DNA of 63,969 nt, counting the filler, from Trypethelium eluteriae (taxonomy: Eukaryota): the NCBI GenBank assembly GCA_051942245.1. It is 5 parts of 5 records of this genome, joined end to end, with 100 filler letters (N's around TTAATTAATTAA, not from the genome) between each part and the next. Parts side by side here need not be neighbours in the genome. Positions count along the whole stretch, not along the records: positions 26,125 to 39,057 come from JAVECL010000749.1; positions 39,158 to 52,035 come from JAVECL010000750.1; 3 more parts are not named here. One strand, written 5' to 3'. The notes under the pieces were generated by a model. The model was given only the letters and a program-made list of their open reading frames with translations, made no database searches and was not told the DNA's origin. Both the position numbers and the translations under genes were made by a program. Positions 26,125 through 39,264 of this stretch are shown here, piece by piece (position 1 is the first letter of the stretch; each line of letters opens with the position of its first letter).

Positions 26125-29100
26125 CGCCCACCCATCAAACTCCACCTCCTCCGCCTTCTTCGCATCCTCCCACCCAGTCCTCATTCCCCACGCCACCGCC
26201 ATCGTGTTCAGCTCCGACTCCGGCATGTACTGCACAATCGTGCCCAGTGACCGATCCCGGGTCAGCATCATGCATGGAGAGAGTGCATCGTAGCGCTTCT
26301 GGAAGCACGGGTCCCACCGATGACGGATTTCATTGTCGTCCGGTGGTTCCAGCTCGTTTTGGTTCCAGGGTGGGTTGGCGAGGTGACAGTAGCCACACGA
26401 GATGAACTCGAGCGCGCGGAGGGGGCTGTCAGATGCCTTGGTGGCTGATGAAGCGCCAATATTGGCCGCGTCGTCCTCTTCGTCGTTGGATCCGGAATCC
26501 GATTTGGGGAGCTTGCGGCCGGGGGAGATCCGGTTGATGACGTCTGGCCAGGAGCCTTCGCGACGGGAAGCCGAGTCGTTGCTCGCGTTTCCTGGGGCGT
26601 TGTGATGGGGCGCCGGGGGTGGTTGCCATGGTTGTTGGAGCGCAGGGGCTTGGAAGGCGGGTGCCATCTGCTGCTGAGCTAGCATTTGTTGCTGCTGTTG
26701 CATCGTTTGTACTATATTCGGCAAATTGGGGTGAACATTTGGGTTCTGAGCCTGTGGCCAAGGAGCAACTGCCGGCTGGCCCCCTTGCCAAAGTTGTATA
26801 CCGTTTGCTGGGTTCTGGAATTGTGGGAGAGCACCAAGATTCCCTTGCTGGAATTGAGCCTGAAAGTGGGCAGCAATTGTTTGCGCGTGTTGTAGGTTAG
26901 GAATAGCAACAAGCTGTCCCTGTCCCGGGTTCTGACCTGGGATGAAGACTTGGGCGTTCTGCTGGCCTGCGACTTGCATATTGGCCATAACGTCAAGTGC
27001 CGATGGATAGCTGGGGCGTGCTGTCAAAGAAACGGAGTCGCAGGTAAGCTTCTCAAGCATGTCATCTCGGCTCCGTTTCACAAAAGCAACGAGCGCGGGA
27101 GGAGTGATCCAGCAATTCGAAATAGTGAGGTGTTTAACAAAGGGGAATTTTACAACTTTTGGATTCTGAGCCGACGCCGGGTTACGAGGTAACATTACAG
27201 GCGCCGGTAGTAGCTGCTGATTTCGTGCGTACATTCCTTCGCCGTGCTCACCACCACTGATCCAACCCAAAGTCAGAGATACAACTGACTGGATCTTCCG
27301 AATCTGATTGTAGAGAAGTTTGTTGAACGGGGTGAGTGCTGAGCTGGGATCAATTGCCGGACTCCTCACAGCCCCGAGATTGTCTTTGGAGCAATTCCTC
27401 CAGTCTGGAATGACCCTGATGATGATATTGCGGAGTTGAGGGAGTGCTGCCCAGAAATCGGGCCTATCGAGGAGCAGAACATATCTGCTAGATATGCGGG
27501 AAAGATTGAGAGTGTGCACACGTGTGAAAATGGTTGGGTTGTCGACCACGGCAAGCATGTAGGACATCATGAAAGCTCTCTGGGCCCACTCCGTCTCGAG
27601 CAGCCACTCCTTCTGCTCCTTGGTCAATTCCCGTGGAGTGAGTGGATGTTTCTTAAATGAAATAACCTCATCACATTCGTCGTCATCGGTGTCAGAATGG
27701 GCATAGAGAACGCCAAACCCCGGGGGTATCGCATAGTCAGTAGTCGCTTTCTGATACCGTTTCTCAGTCCTTGCATCCGACACTAGACGAGATTCCATAA
27801 GTGGCCAGACACTAGTATCTGCGTGCGAAGAACCACCGATATCCGGGAGCTGCTCCAAAGGCATTGCGATGTCGTGCCTGTATAGCGTAGCCGCCATGAA
27901 GGACGGTTTCGACATACGCGAAACCCTGTTAGAGGTCTGCAAAGCCTGCCAAATGTCCTCCTGCTCTTGATGGATCCTATCTAAAGATCGTTTGGAACTC
28001 CCAAAAACAGGTGGTGGTCGCTTGAAGATGGTTGAGCGGATGGAGACGTCTGGACCTCGAAGCCAACCCAAACCACTGTCGACAGATAGCGCGAGTTCTT
28101 GTACCCTGTGTAAATGCGAAAATGCTTGTTTCATCTTCGAAGTCTCATCAGCAGCTTGCTCAAGGCCCGCACGATCAGCGAAGCGGCGGTATTGTTCATG
28201 AGGCCACTCGTATCCTCCCCAGAAGGAGACCTGCCGCTTTAATAGATTTTTCTGCGGTGGCGTTGCCAAAGCATCTTCTTCAACCTCGAAACTCATCCCA
28301 TATTTTCTAATTCGAGGCCCGAAGCCGCTGAAAACTCGCAGACCGTGTCCTTTATAGACTTTATTTTCCTCGTCCTTTTTTCGATTCTTCCAGGGTAGCG
28401 TTCCTGGTGGATCTTCATCACATGACATGGCCTCCAGATCGTATGCGATCCCTTTACCTTTCAAATTAGGCTTCACAGTCGTTTCTGATTCAATCATGTC
28501 ATAGATCTCTGTGTTAAACGGCACTACAGCCGTCTTGAAGAGGACTGCTGACACACCATACTCAAATTCCTGGTTCACGAGCCGCATATTCTTGATATCA
28601 TCACGGGAAAGATAGTCAGTAATTTGCTCAAAGAGTTCGACAGGTATGCGCCCTTGCGGCCAATGGATGGAGCAAAGTTGGTCAAGTACTTGGCTCCTCA
28701 TGTTTGGCTGTCGCATGTATTGGATTCCTTTGATAGGTTTGACAAGTGGCGAACAAGAATCCATCTGTTTGTTCGGTACTAAACACAGAGGAAGGTAAGA
28801 AGCCTTTGCAGCTTGTAATGGGTTATCGGACGAACGGGTTTGGCCTTGACCAAGCTGGTACAGAATCAAGGCGGAAGGCTGCCGATGCCCAGTTGGTGTT
28901 GCAAAGTATTCGGGATTTGACACCCAATTTTCTCTACCGTACCTTGTAGAGCGCAGATTTGGATCATCAAAAAGTTGTCGCTGCGTTCTCCTGAGTATGC
29001 TTCCAATACCAAGCCGTCCAGGATTCAATGTCGAGTTGTTTTCTCGGTTTTGCTCGTCATTGACCTCACCACCGTTGGTCACGATCAGGGACGCGTCCGT

Positions 29101-29373
29101 GGTTGAAATATCGGGTGTGCGGTCTTCTCTTGCTGGTTGACGTGGGAGTAGATGTTCCAAGGTGAGAGGCGGTTTCTCCGAAGATGATGATTTCGATGAA
29201 GCCTGAGACCGACTAAGCCTGCGCCTACGCCAGAATCTCCCTGTCTGCTGCTGGCTGCCTGTAAGCTCTCGGCCGTTTCGTGATCGATTACTTAGGTGAC
29301 GACGACGAGGATCAGAAGGTGATGTCTGCCTTGAGCTGAGTGAGTTTGTCATTACGACGTATCGCGAAGGCAT
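26125..29373 (-). CDS. Fungal F-box domain protein (3' end cut)
   Basis: IPVELFEQITDYLSRDDIKNMRLVNQEF F-box motif, LRR-like segments, Q-rich insert. Confidence 0.78.
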
Positions 29374-30060
29374 GATTTCGTCTTCCTAGGGAAAAGTTAA
29401 GTGAGGCAAAAGATGCTGTACGATCTTAACTCACTGTGAGATCATCATCCCCAAAATCGAACCACCACGAATCGTCGTCACTGGCCATGTCGACCGAGAC
29501 CGGGGTGGGTGAAGAAGACATTTGGACAATGAGCTAAATCTGGAGGATCCCAGAAGCTCCATGAGCTTGGGGGATACTCTTTGGTCGAGTATGTGGACGC
29601 GATCGAGCAAACAAAACAATTGAGTGCCCGGAATCGATTCCTGAAAAGCTCGTCGTAGTGAAGTATTTCAACTGCTTACCTTTACCTAGTGATGAGGACT
29701 AGCAAGTGGAATGAAGAACAACAGTGGGGAGTACCAAATAGCGAAGACCTTGAGCAAGAGGACAACCCAAGAGGCTCGCTGAGAAGTGTTACGCAGATGG
29801 CTTTCTAGCGGGATGTGGGGCTTGAGCAAGCCCTTCCGTTCCGCATTGTGCTAACCCGATTGGGGTTACGGTGCTGCAGCCAGTGACGCCATATCGATAT
29901 ATCAATATAACATGTGCTCGAGTCTTCACTTTCCCCTCCATCAGCCCATTTTGGAATACATAAGGTAGCTTTCTTCGATTGCGTGTGTCATATTGTAGAT
30001 TACTATGCTATTTATCATCTGTATAATACATGAGTCGTCACTGTCATTAAGAAACTTAGG

Positions 30061-31298
30061 TCAAGTTGCCGAGTAAACTTTAAAGCTGGCGAATTCCCAG
30101 TACGCCGTCTCAAACGCCGTATTATTGTTCGTCACGAACTCGGTACAAGATGAGGGGCAGCCGTCTTGTTGACTATAGACACTTGGTTGACCTGCCCACT
30201 GTCCACAGAGGTCAATATTGGCGACGATGGACAGATTGCCAAAATGCTGATTGATGTTGCAATCGGTCTGAGGAAAGTCGGCGAGGGCTGTGCCCCAAGT
30301 CGATGGATCAGGGGTGCTGCTATTGCTGGTGATGTCCGATGGGATAGACGAGCGTGGGAAGAACCATACGCGGATACCTTGGGAACGAAGCTCCATTGCG
30401 TATATGCCTCCACCGTTGTTATTGAACTCCTGGCCGTATGTCGCCGGAGCGCCTTCCACGCCGCAACCCGCATTACTGTTCGTCTCGTTCCAGCAATTCT
30501 TTTCGAGTACCTTGCCAATCTCCTTGCGTTTGACATTCATGGTGCAGCCCTCCGTCGTATGCAAAGTCATTTGGTTGCCCGTTGTCGCTCCATTGACAGC
30601 CTCCATGACATCGATCTCGCCCATAGCAGGCCAATTCGTTTCGTCGACGAGCCAAAGGGCAGGCCACGTCGCACAACCATAGGGAGAGTGGACAACGTCG
30701 AAGACAAAAAGTCCTGAACTATATTGCGTTTTGGACGAGATGCGCACCGAATTCCGGCCAGTGAATTGGTTGGTGTTAACGCTGTCGACCTTTAGAACTG
30801 CTGAAGTTGTCGAAGCAAAGGTGAGATTGAGGGCGTTGGCGCTGGCCTCGGGCAGGTAGCTAGATTCTTTGTCAGTAAGGCTCCTGATATCGCGATAGTG
30901 GATCACATACTGCACAAACCCTTGCGCCGGATCATAGCCGTTGAAATAGTCGAAGTTGGAAAAGAAATCGGTGCCAGAATCTAGTCACGATCTTCTCAGC
31001 ATGGTGCATTAGGAAGCCAGAAGTGGTGCTCACATGTGTCTTGCAACTTGTAATTGATTGGAGAGTAGTCTGGATACCGGTTGGCTTTTACCCCCTCAAC
31101 AGCCCCAACTATTATTGCTATCAGTAGGAAGATCGTCCCAATGGCGACTAGAATAATAGTTCGTCGACTCCAGTTTCTCGGATTCCAACGGGGGCCTTGG
31201 TTTCGAGCACCTCCGTAGTATGGAGGAGGATCCGAAGTCGGTATTGCAGGAGAGGCAATGGGGTAGCCTTTCTCTTGGCCTCTCCCAGACTGTGCCAT
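30061..31298 (-). CDS. GH16 endo-1,3(4)-beta-glucanase, N-terminally membrane-anchored (3 exons)
   Basis: TM helix IILVAIGTIFLLIAIIVGAV; FFSNFDYF..YDPA.GFV; GRNSVRI, TWPALW, catalytic GEIDVME, LCGQWAG; alternative ATG at 31322. Confidence 0.9.
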
Positions 31299-31977
31299 GT
31301 TTGCAAGAGTGTTGAAAGACATGGAGATGTGGACAAGAAAATAGATTAAAATCCGCGGAGAGGTTGACGGATGATGAAGGAGTCAATGCCAGGAAACAAT
31401 CGGAAAGCCTGAGAATGAGAGATGGGCCCAGTCAGGAGCGAGAGAGATTCCACAGCATATACGTTCTCGGCATCTGCGGAGGTGTAGTAAATATCTGACC
31501 TTCCTCACATCGCTGACAGTTACAAAGCAGCAGGAGAGCCCCACGGTTCAGTGCCATCCTACCGAGCTTGCGACACGCAAACCCACTCGCGTCGCGGGTA
31601 GCGACATGGCCTTTGAGACCTTGCACCTATCGAGCCTGACAGAAAAGCGCCTTTCCCTGCATGTCTACAGGTTTGCTAGGGAATTCGTCTTGGTCTGACG
31701 CGGCACTAGAAACGAATGATGTAGGAGGAAGGACTAGGCCATTGGCCTAGGGTAGGCCGCAGTACTCCGTGCCGGCCACCCTGGCGTGCCTGAAAAAAGG
31801 CCCCTAGCGGCGCTCTTCTCTTCCAGAGTAGGCGGCGTTTTAAATTCACTTCACAGTGATCTACTTTAGCATCTAGGCGAGATCTACATCATCAGAACTC
31901 GTCTCCAAAGTTGGCAGGCCTTGAATTTGCGTTTCGTTTTGGTGAGCTAATTTTCTACTTGATATTCACCACCAAAA

Positions 31978-33648
31978 TCAGGAGAGCATAAATCCTCCCG
32001 ACCACCATCCAGACTTCTTCCATATTTGATTCTCCGCAGTCATAAGCTCTAGAGACCGGGCAAGCTTTCGTCTATCCACATGGAGATCTTGGTGGGCGCT
32101 ACCATCAATCTCTTGCATAGGCGAGAGTACCTGACCATCGATTGAAGGCGGCGTCGAGTTCAAGGAGGACGATGGTAAGGATTTTCTACAGCCTTCCCTT
32201 GAAGCCATGATCTTTCCAGCAGCGTATGCGCAACTCCCGAAAGCGAAACGGATGAGAGAGTCTCCAGTTAGGCTACCGATGATAAACAAATTCGGAGCAA
32301 CTTGGAGGTCGACTTCACATCTGAAACGCAGAGTGCGCCCTGATATCAGGATTTTATCGTCGAAATGGTCCACAGCACGGTTATTGGAACCAACTACTCC
32401 GTCGAACAATGCTGGTGAAAGATAATCCAGTGATCCGCGTCGTCCAATGGCACATTCGAGACTGCCAACTCTTCGCTCGATGGTTTCACCAGACTCGAGC
32501 TTCAATTTGACTTCGGCATACTGATTGAAAGTGTGTACTTCAACGATCTGAGTATTTGGATAGCCTTCATAAACAGAGTGCCAGTCGCGATGGCTGAAGA
32601 AGGGATTGTGCTTCTGCCTTCTCCTCAAAGGACTACCGGGAGCTTTGAAGTTCGATTTTGCCGCGGCAGCCGCTTTCATTTGTCTGTAGACGGTCGCATA
32701 CTCTGGATATGCTTGATGATGACATCCACGCAAAGGTGACTGATACTCGTCTGGTGCCCATTTGAAAATGTGCACGATTTTACGATGAGGCGATGCAGAG
32801 ATGATGGCATCTGCAGCCGTGAATCCAGACCCAACGACCAAAAGAGGCTCATCGAGATTGTCCAATGCTTTCAGTGGACGCAAAAGTGGCCGGGGCGGAA
32901 TGCTAATGGAGAACGTGCCAGAAGCGAGAACCAAATGCTTGCAAAATATATTGTGAGATCCGATGGAGAAGCCGTTTTCACAAGATGAGATGTTCCCGAC
33001 CTTTGTAGATGTGTGGATGGATTCGTGAATACCAACAGCTCTGGGATAGGCATCGAAATATGCAGCAACCTCTCTTCTAGACGGCCGAACGAAATCTGGC
33101 AGCAGCTCTCCAGTCGTTGACAGGTGATGATCAGCAAAGCTGTAACCCGGCAGTGCCAGCATTTCTGCATAACTCAATGCCTGTATATCCCATATTGCAG
33201 AGGCATCTTCCTTGGCCCACTGCCCTCCTGCGTTTTCCGTCTCGCCAAGAACCAGGTGGGAAATAGCCCTCTTCGGGGTATACTTCCATTCCACACACGG
33301 TCTGGGATTCACTTGAGTATCTGCATTCGGTCTCAAAAGAGTGTCGAGAAGAACATTGATCGGCAGAGCTTGTGTTGAATACTTGAGTGACGATTGGAAG
33401 TGGTCATAGAGATCTGGAGTTAAGGACAGTAGATCTGGGACTTGCGCGACTTTGCTGTCAAGGACACTGTCGTGATGTCCACCAGAGTAGTGAGGTATCC
33501 ATCCGTGGAGGATATAGGATAGAATCAAGGCCGAAGGTCCATTTCCTAAATTCAAATAATAAGTTTATGAGGCATTCTCAATGGGTATTCTGGCGTGATA
33601 CTAACCAATGACGACCGTGTCAACATACTCAAGGCGGCCGGAAGACAT
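31978..33648 (-). CDS. OSGIN1/2-like FAD-dependent oxidoreductase
   Basis: Spliced VDTVVIG|NGPSAL, LLDTLLRPNAD, AGGQW, VVGSGFTAAD, GSLTGDSLIRFAFG. Confidence 0.8.
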
Positions 33649-34189
33649 TGAAAAGCAGTGCCATGGTTTTTTGGAGCCATGGCGTTAAGAGAAGATCCAT
33701 TGGCATGACCACAGGATATGTAATCCAGTACGCCAGGTGGCGGGGTCAGAATTCTGCCATCCGCTCTTTTCCTCTTTTGGTAGACCGGGATAGTCTTGAC
33801 CCACTCCGAATAGCGCGCGACAATCTACGCACTATCAATCGTACCTACCTGCCTACGTACCTTAGGTAGTCAATGGGAAAGATCAACATGCAGAGTAACC
33901 ACGAATTGAAGACAAGGTACCTATAAGCTTCTGTGACACTGGGACGCGGCCTTCAGCAGTGCAGCAGATACTTGTTCTACATATCGATACATACAGTCGA
34001 TCTGCATCTTTGCATGCCCAGAACCAACGTGAAAGATGGTCGCAAATCCCCCAATGTAATTTGTGCCTAGCAAATTGACTCTCAACGAGTTTTCCTCGAT
34101 TGCCCCTAGCCTTAATACTTTCGACCACACTAGATTTTGCCAAGATAGGTCACAAAGAGCCCAACTATTCCTCCCTATGGAGATGAACT

Positions 34190-34695
34190 CTACCATTCAG
34201 AAATGATATCGCCCCGCCGTTTGCCTCGCATCTCGTATTTCCCCTGTTCAAAGCAATTCGTCAGTCCGTCCAAACTCCAGAAGATGTAAAGTAGATAAGG
34301 TGTTCAATTGCAAAGACAGGTAATTCCTCAGAGCCAGATGAAGCGAAAATGGGAGATACAGGGCTAGCAACAAGACCGGATAGATGTAGGACCAACTCAC
34401 ATCTGTAACGTAGCCCATGTAACCAAATATACCCGGCACCATAATCACGTATGCAAATGTTAACCAGGCCGTTCTCGGTGTCCAGCGGAAGTATTGATGT
34501 CGGTTAACCCATAGGCCTAGCAGCATGGTTTAGCATTTTCTTTGAAGAATCGCATACTGGGATCCTGAGGGGAGCGTACTAGAGTATTTCGATAAAGCCG
34601 GATCGGTATGGAGGACTACAGAAAGCGACATCAGTTTTGGTTCATCTGCAAGCCATTGGCATGATAGGTCACATACTGTTGTGATTGAGAGCCAT
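34190..34695 (-). CDS. NADH:ubiquinone oxidoreductase small subunit, NDUFB4/B15-like (4 exons)
   Basis: Spliced MALNHN|..[58 protein letters not shown]. Confidence 0.85.
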
Positions 34696-35230
34696 TATTA
34701 GCTCCACCACAAAGGAATTGGTGATTTGCTTTAATGAGGGTTGTTGATTGAGAGTCGATCTGACGTTGTCCAGAGGTTCATGTTGCTCATCGTCTTCGGA
34801 CCACTCACGTGACCAAACCGTCCCTGAGCAGTCCCAGGTAAGCCCTGCCCTGCAGTCAGCTAATACTCCCAGCCACCAATCGGTAGCGGCTCGATCCGAA
34901 TGTGAATGTTCCTCGGTCTACCTAGTACTAACATATGTTAGTTTCAATTGCCATTGAAAAGATACATCAATAAGGCCCCTGACCTGGACTGTTCAGTCTT
35001 TGAAATGAGATGCTTACGCTGAGATCTTCCTTTAATTAACAACAGTTTTGAAGATAGCCGACAATTGCTTTCATCTAAGCTTCCGCTGTCTCGTATCCTG
35101 AGTATATACGTACGTATTACGCAAATTAGAAGTGTCCTGACCCCGTATCATCTCCCTCGTCCAAGCCAACTCCTTACAGCCAGTAATCGCCATCATTTAT
35201 ACATCCGTCAGTATCACGCCTGCCTCGATT

Positions 35231-36112
35231 ATGTCTTCCGATGCAGAGCAAAAGCCCAAAATTACGGTATATTGGTGAGTAGTACGTTTCAACTATAGTG
35301 AATTGGACTAACGACTGATTCGCAAGGCTCGACCAGTCACGATCACAGAGAATTTTATGGCTCCTTGAGGAACTCAAAGTCGACTATGAAGTCAAGGTGT
35401 TCAAGAGAAACAAGGACATGCTGGCTCCCCAAGAGCTGAAAGATGTTCACCCGCTGGGCAAATCCCCAGTCATTGGTATTCAAGCCCCAGGAGCCGAAAA
35501 ATCACTGATCTTGGCGGAATCGGGCCATATAGTTGAGTATCTTACTGAACATCTGGGCCAATGGATGATCCCGAAGCGGTATATCAATGGTAAAGAAGGT
35601 CAGATTGGGGGAGAAACTGAAGAATGGCTTCGTTATCGTTACTACATGCATTACGCGGAGGGTAGTATCATGCCTCTCATATTAATCGGCCTATTCATTA
35701 GCAGTAAGTCTGACCGCGGAGAATCTCTGGTTTTTCTAACGCAGGATTAGTGATTAGGGACGGACCGCAGCCTTTCTTCGTGAGACCAATCACAAGGATG
35801 ATCTCAGGACGAGTGGATTCGTTGTTTCTGAATCCTAATCGCAAGACGCACTTTGACTTTTTGGAAGACCAATTGAAAACCTCTCCCGACGAAGGAGAGT
35901 TCTTCTGTGGCAAAGAGCTCACTGGGGCAGACATTTTAATGATCTTTCCTCTTGAGGCAGCTCGTGGAAGTGGGCTGATTACACAAGAGAAATATCCCAA
36001 GCTTGTGGCGTACGTGAAAAAGATTCATGAAAGAGAAGCCTTCAAAAAGGCAATCGAGAAAATTGAAGAGGTCTCGGACGAGAAATATCAACCAGTTGCA
36101 TCAAGACGTTGA
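35231..36112 (+). CDS. Glutathione S-transferase, GTT1-like (3 exons)
   Basis: ITVYW|LDQSRSQRILWLLEEL, HPLGKSPVI, LAESGHIVEYL, HYAEGS, LTGADILM.FPL. Confidence 0.92.
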
Positions 36113-37166
36113 AATTTTCAGATGCGCTCTGCATATCAGAGAAAATATGCGAGCGATCATGGCAAATTTTCTTAATTTTCCGTATCCTTATACATGATAG
36201 GCACTTGTCACTCTCGACTCACATCAACCTGAATCATTCAGGCGACCAATGAATCGTTCCCGGCTTTGCCGACATGAATAGACTACCTAATCAGCAATGG
36301 AGCATGGGAAGCGCGATTCTCTGAGTCTTCAGTAGCAGGGCTGAAAATTTTGCGATGCAGGAACGGTTGATGAATGCGACGCAACCGAATCTCGAGGCAG
36401 GTACATGAAGTACAAGACAGGACGACAAGATGACTGCATGAGCTCATGCAGATGAGTGGTCAATTGCTGGTGTGCTGTTCGCGACCAAACCTGTCGGCTC
36501 CGAAATTCCAGCCCTAGCCGAGCTTGCCGTGCTGACTACCAGACCGCCTATAGATAACCTGTTGCGTCATCAGAGACGAACCTGCGAATAGGACGTGCGG
36601 CTGGGATTATTGAGACAGGAACTGGAAATGCTCGTCGTATTTCTAATGTTAAGAACAGGGTTGTCCCTAAGCCCGCACTTCTGCGGCTGAAGTATTGACT
36701 CCAGATGGCGAATGCAAATCCAACGATTGAGGGACATCCAAGCTTCTACTGCCTTCAGGAACTACCGCGACAGGCCTTGCTCAGATGGAAGCGTCCAGTG
36801 TGTGCTCTTTAAATTGTCGTGAGCCCCCGATACTTCCGCCCTCGGACAGACACAGGGTGAATTTTTGCCGACCAGGGAGGAAAATTGTTCAAATCTCGCG
36901 AAAAGGGACGGGCCCGACAACTCGTGTACCCATGTACGAGTGCATCATCGCGGGGGTACCGGGGCAGGCGGGGGTAATTGCTAACTGTCGGTTTACTAAG
37001 GTTCGGCGCCGCTGACACACGAGATCCGTTCCCCGACCTTCTGCCACCGGCACGCCTATTCGACTTGCTTTCGCTCTGCAATTGTTGACTAGGGGCTGGG
37101 GGGTTTAGAACGCTGTCGAGCGAGGTCTTGATTGACTGTTCGCGTCAAGCGGTCCCGTCCAGCCCA

Positions 37167-39057
37167 ATGCCTGACACTGCCACTCGCACCTCTGCTCGCG
37201 ACTTCATGCGAAAGTCGTCGAAACAAACGGCAAACCGCTCCCGAACTCGTGCTAATCAACAGGGAGACAGTATCCTTAACGCCTCTAATACTCGTGATCA
37301 TGGAGATAATGACAATTTCGTGCATGATGCAGTCGAGACTACAAATCTCCAGGCATCTGCTTCTCCTTCGAATAAATATCCGCCAGCGACTCAATCACTT
37401 GACCATCCTGATCAAGAGCTACCATCGAACCCAACCATTTCCGAGGACTCTGGCCTGGACAGTCACCCAAGAAATACTTTTGAGGCCGAGCCCGCCAACT
37501 ACTTCCCTGGTGGTCCTCTGACCTGGGAGTGGGACAGTCCCGAAGATTTTCAAGACCTTGCACGAGATTACGAGCCTCAAGGAGAATTAGTAAACGAGGT
37601 TGAAGGCCAACGGTCCTTGGAGCACGACTTTAATTTCCGTGAAGTGACCACAGATAATCCTCAAATTCAAGGATACTTCTCCGACCAATTCACCGCGCTC
37701 CCTTTTGAACATCCCCAACTTCCAGGACAGTCGCTACCGCGTCGAGAGTCTCACAGTACTGGTTCCAGGAATCCGGTAGCTTATACCAGTGGCGAAAAGA
37801 GGAAGTCTACTGCTACTACTGAGGCTGATCCAAGCGGGCCACAAGGCGATTCTACCGTAAAGCGTGTAGCATTTTCATCTCCCGAAAAGGCTATTAGCGT
37901 ATCCGAAAGAACGAGCACAGGTCGCCCTGGACAACGACATCAAGACGGCGGCACTCTTCCCCAAGGTTCTGAAGGCCCTGAGCCTGAAGGCGTACAAGCT
38001 GAAGGATCTCGGACGAAACAGTCTGCATCGAACGAACCTCCGGTTAAGCGTTCGAAGCCCAATAGTCGACGTGACAAATCTCGTGAGAGAAAGATGGCGC
38101 TACCAGCTGGGAAAGTGTTTCCCATACAAATTGGCTCCGAGCTATTTCGACTATCTGGAGCTTCTATATCTTCTGATGGTAAGACTGTTCAAGCCGTCGA
38201 AACTAACGAATGATGCTAAGTGTTTACAGCTCCCTCGTATTTTTCGGATTTCTTTGGCGAGCAATTAAGATCAACGGAGGATGGTGGAGTCAGTATTAAA
38301 ACCCTATATATCGACAGAGATCCCATCACATTCAAAGACATATCATTGCATCTCCAAGGTATGCTCCCATCTCCATCAGGAAGATTGCACTGACTCCGCT
38401 AATCCTCACTAGGCTATCATGTGCAGCCTCGAGATGGGGAACATTTTGTTAAGCTCTTTGCTGATGCTCAATTTTACAGTCGTATGCATTCCCACATACA
38501 TGCAATTATTAACAGCGCTAACATTCTACGAAGTACCACGTCTAATAAACCAACTATTCACTTCATCAATATTTATCCAAATAGGCGATCGTCACTTTCA
38601 GGTACCTCGCGATATATTTAACGCCCCTGGTGACAACCCCAACTACTTTTCCCTCGGTTTCGCAGTCTTCTTCTCCACCCCAAATGAAGTCTTCCCGGGC
38701 CTCGACCACCGCGGTCTTCTTCGCCCACCCTCCATCGTCCCTCCGGCCGTCCTCAATCGCAGCTCCGACGTTTTCGCCGAGCTGCTCAAAATCCTCCAAG
38801 GTTACCCCGTCGACATACGCAACGATGCGCACCGTGCGGCGCTCTTGCGCGACGCTCGCTACTTCCACCTCAAGGGTCTCGAACAGAAACTAATCCCTCA
38901 CCACATCTCCTACAACAACATCCTCAACCAATCCGAAATCATCATCCGCCTCGAGGACATCCGCCAATCCGGCATCTCCTTCTCCCCCGACGCGCCCACC
39001 ACCACCTCCGCCGGCCCCACTGCTGGCGCCTCCCCAGCCGGAGGCGGCGGCTCCTCC
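37167..39057 (+). CDS. BTB/POZ domain protein, YLR108C/YDR132C-like (3' end cut)
   Basis: VFPIQIGSELFRLSGASISSD|APSYF, LYIDRDP.TF.DI.LHLQG|Y, LFADAQFY, LLRDARYFHLKGLEQ; long disordered N-terminus. Confidence 0.85.
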
Positions 39058-39157
39058 NNNNNNNNNNNNNNNNNNNNNNNNNNNNNNNNNNNNNNNNNNN
39101 NTTAATTAATTAANNNNNNNNNNNNNNNNNNNNNNNNNNNNNNNNNNNNNNNNNNNN
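39058..39157. other. Artificial contig linker
   Basis: N44-TTAATTAATTAA-N44. Confidence 0.99.
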
Positions 39158-39215
39158 ATTCCGCGATGGGCAGAAGGCGAAACGCGCGTGTCTAGGATGA
39201 GAGAAGAAGAGAATA

Positions 39216-39264
39216 CAAGCCCACACCAAGCCCATACAAGCCCACACAAGCCCTCACAAGCCTA
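39216..39264. repeat. Short imperfect minisatellite, ~10-bp unit CAAGCCCACA, 5 copies
   Basis: caagcccacac caagcccata caagcccaca caagccctca caagccta. Confidence 0.8.
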
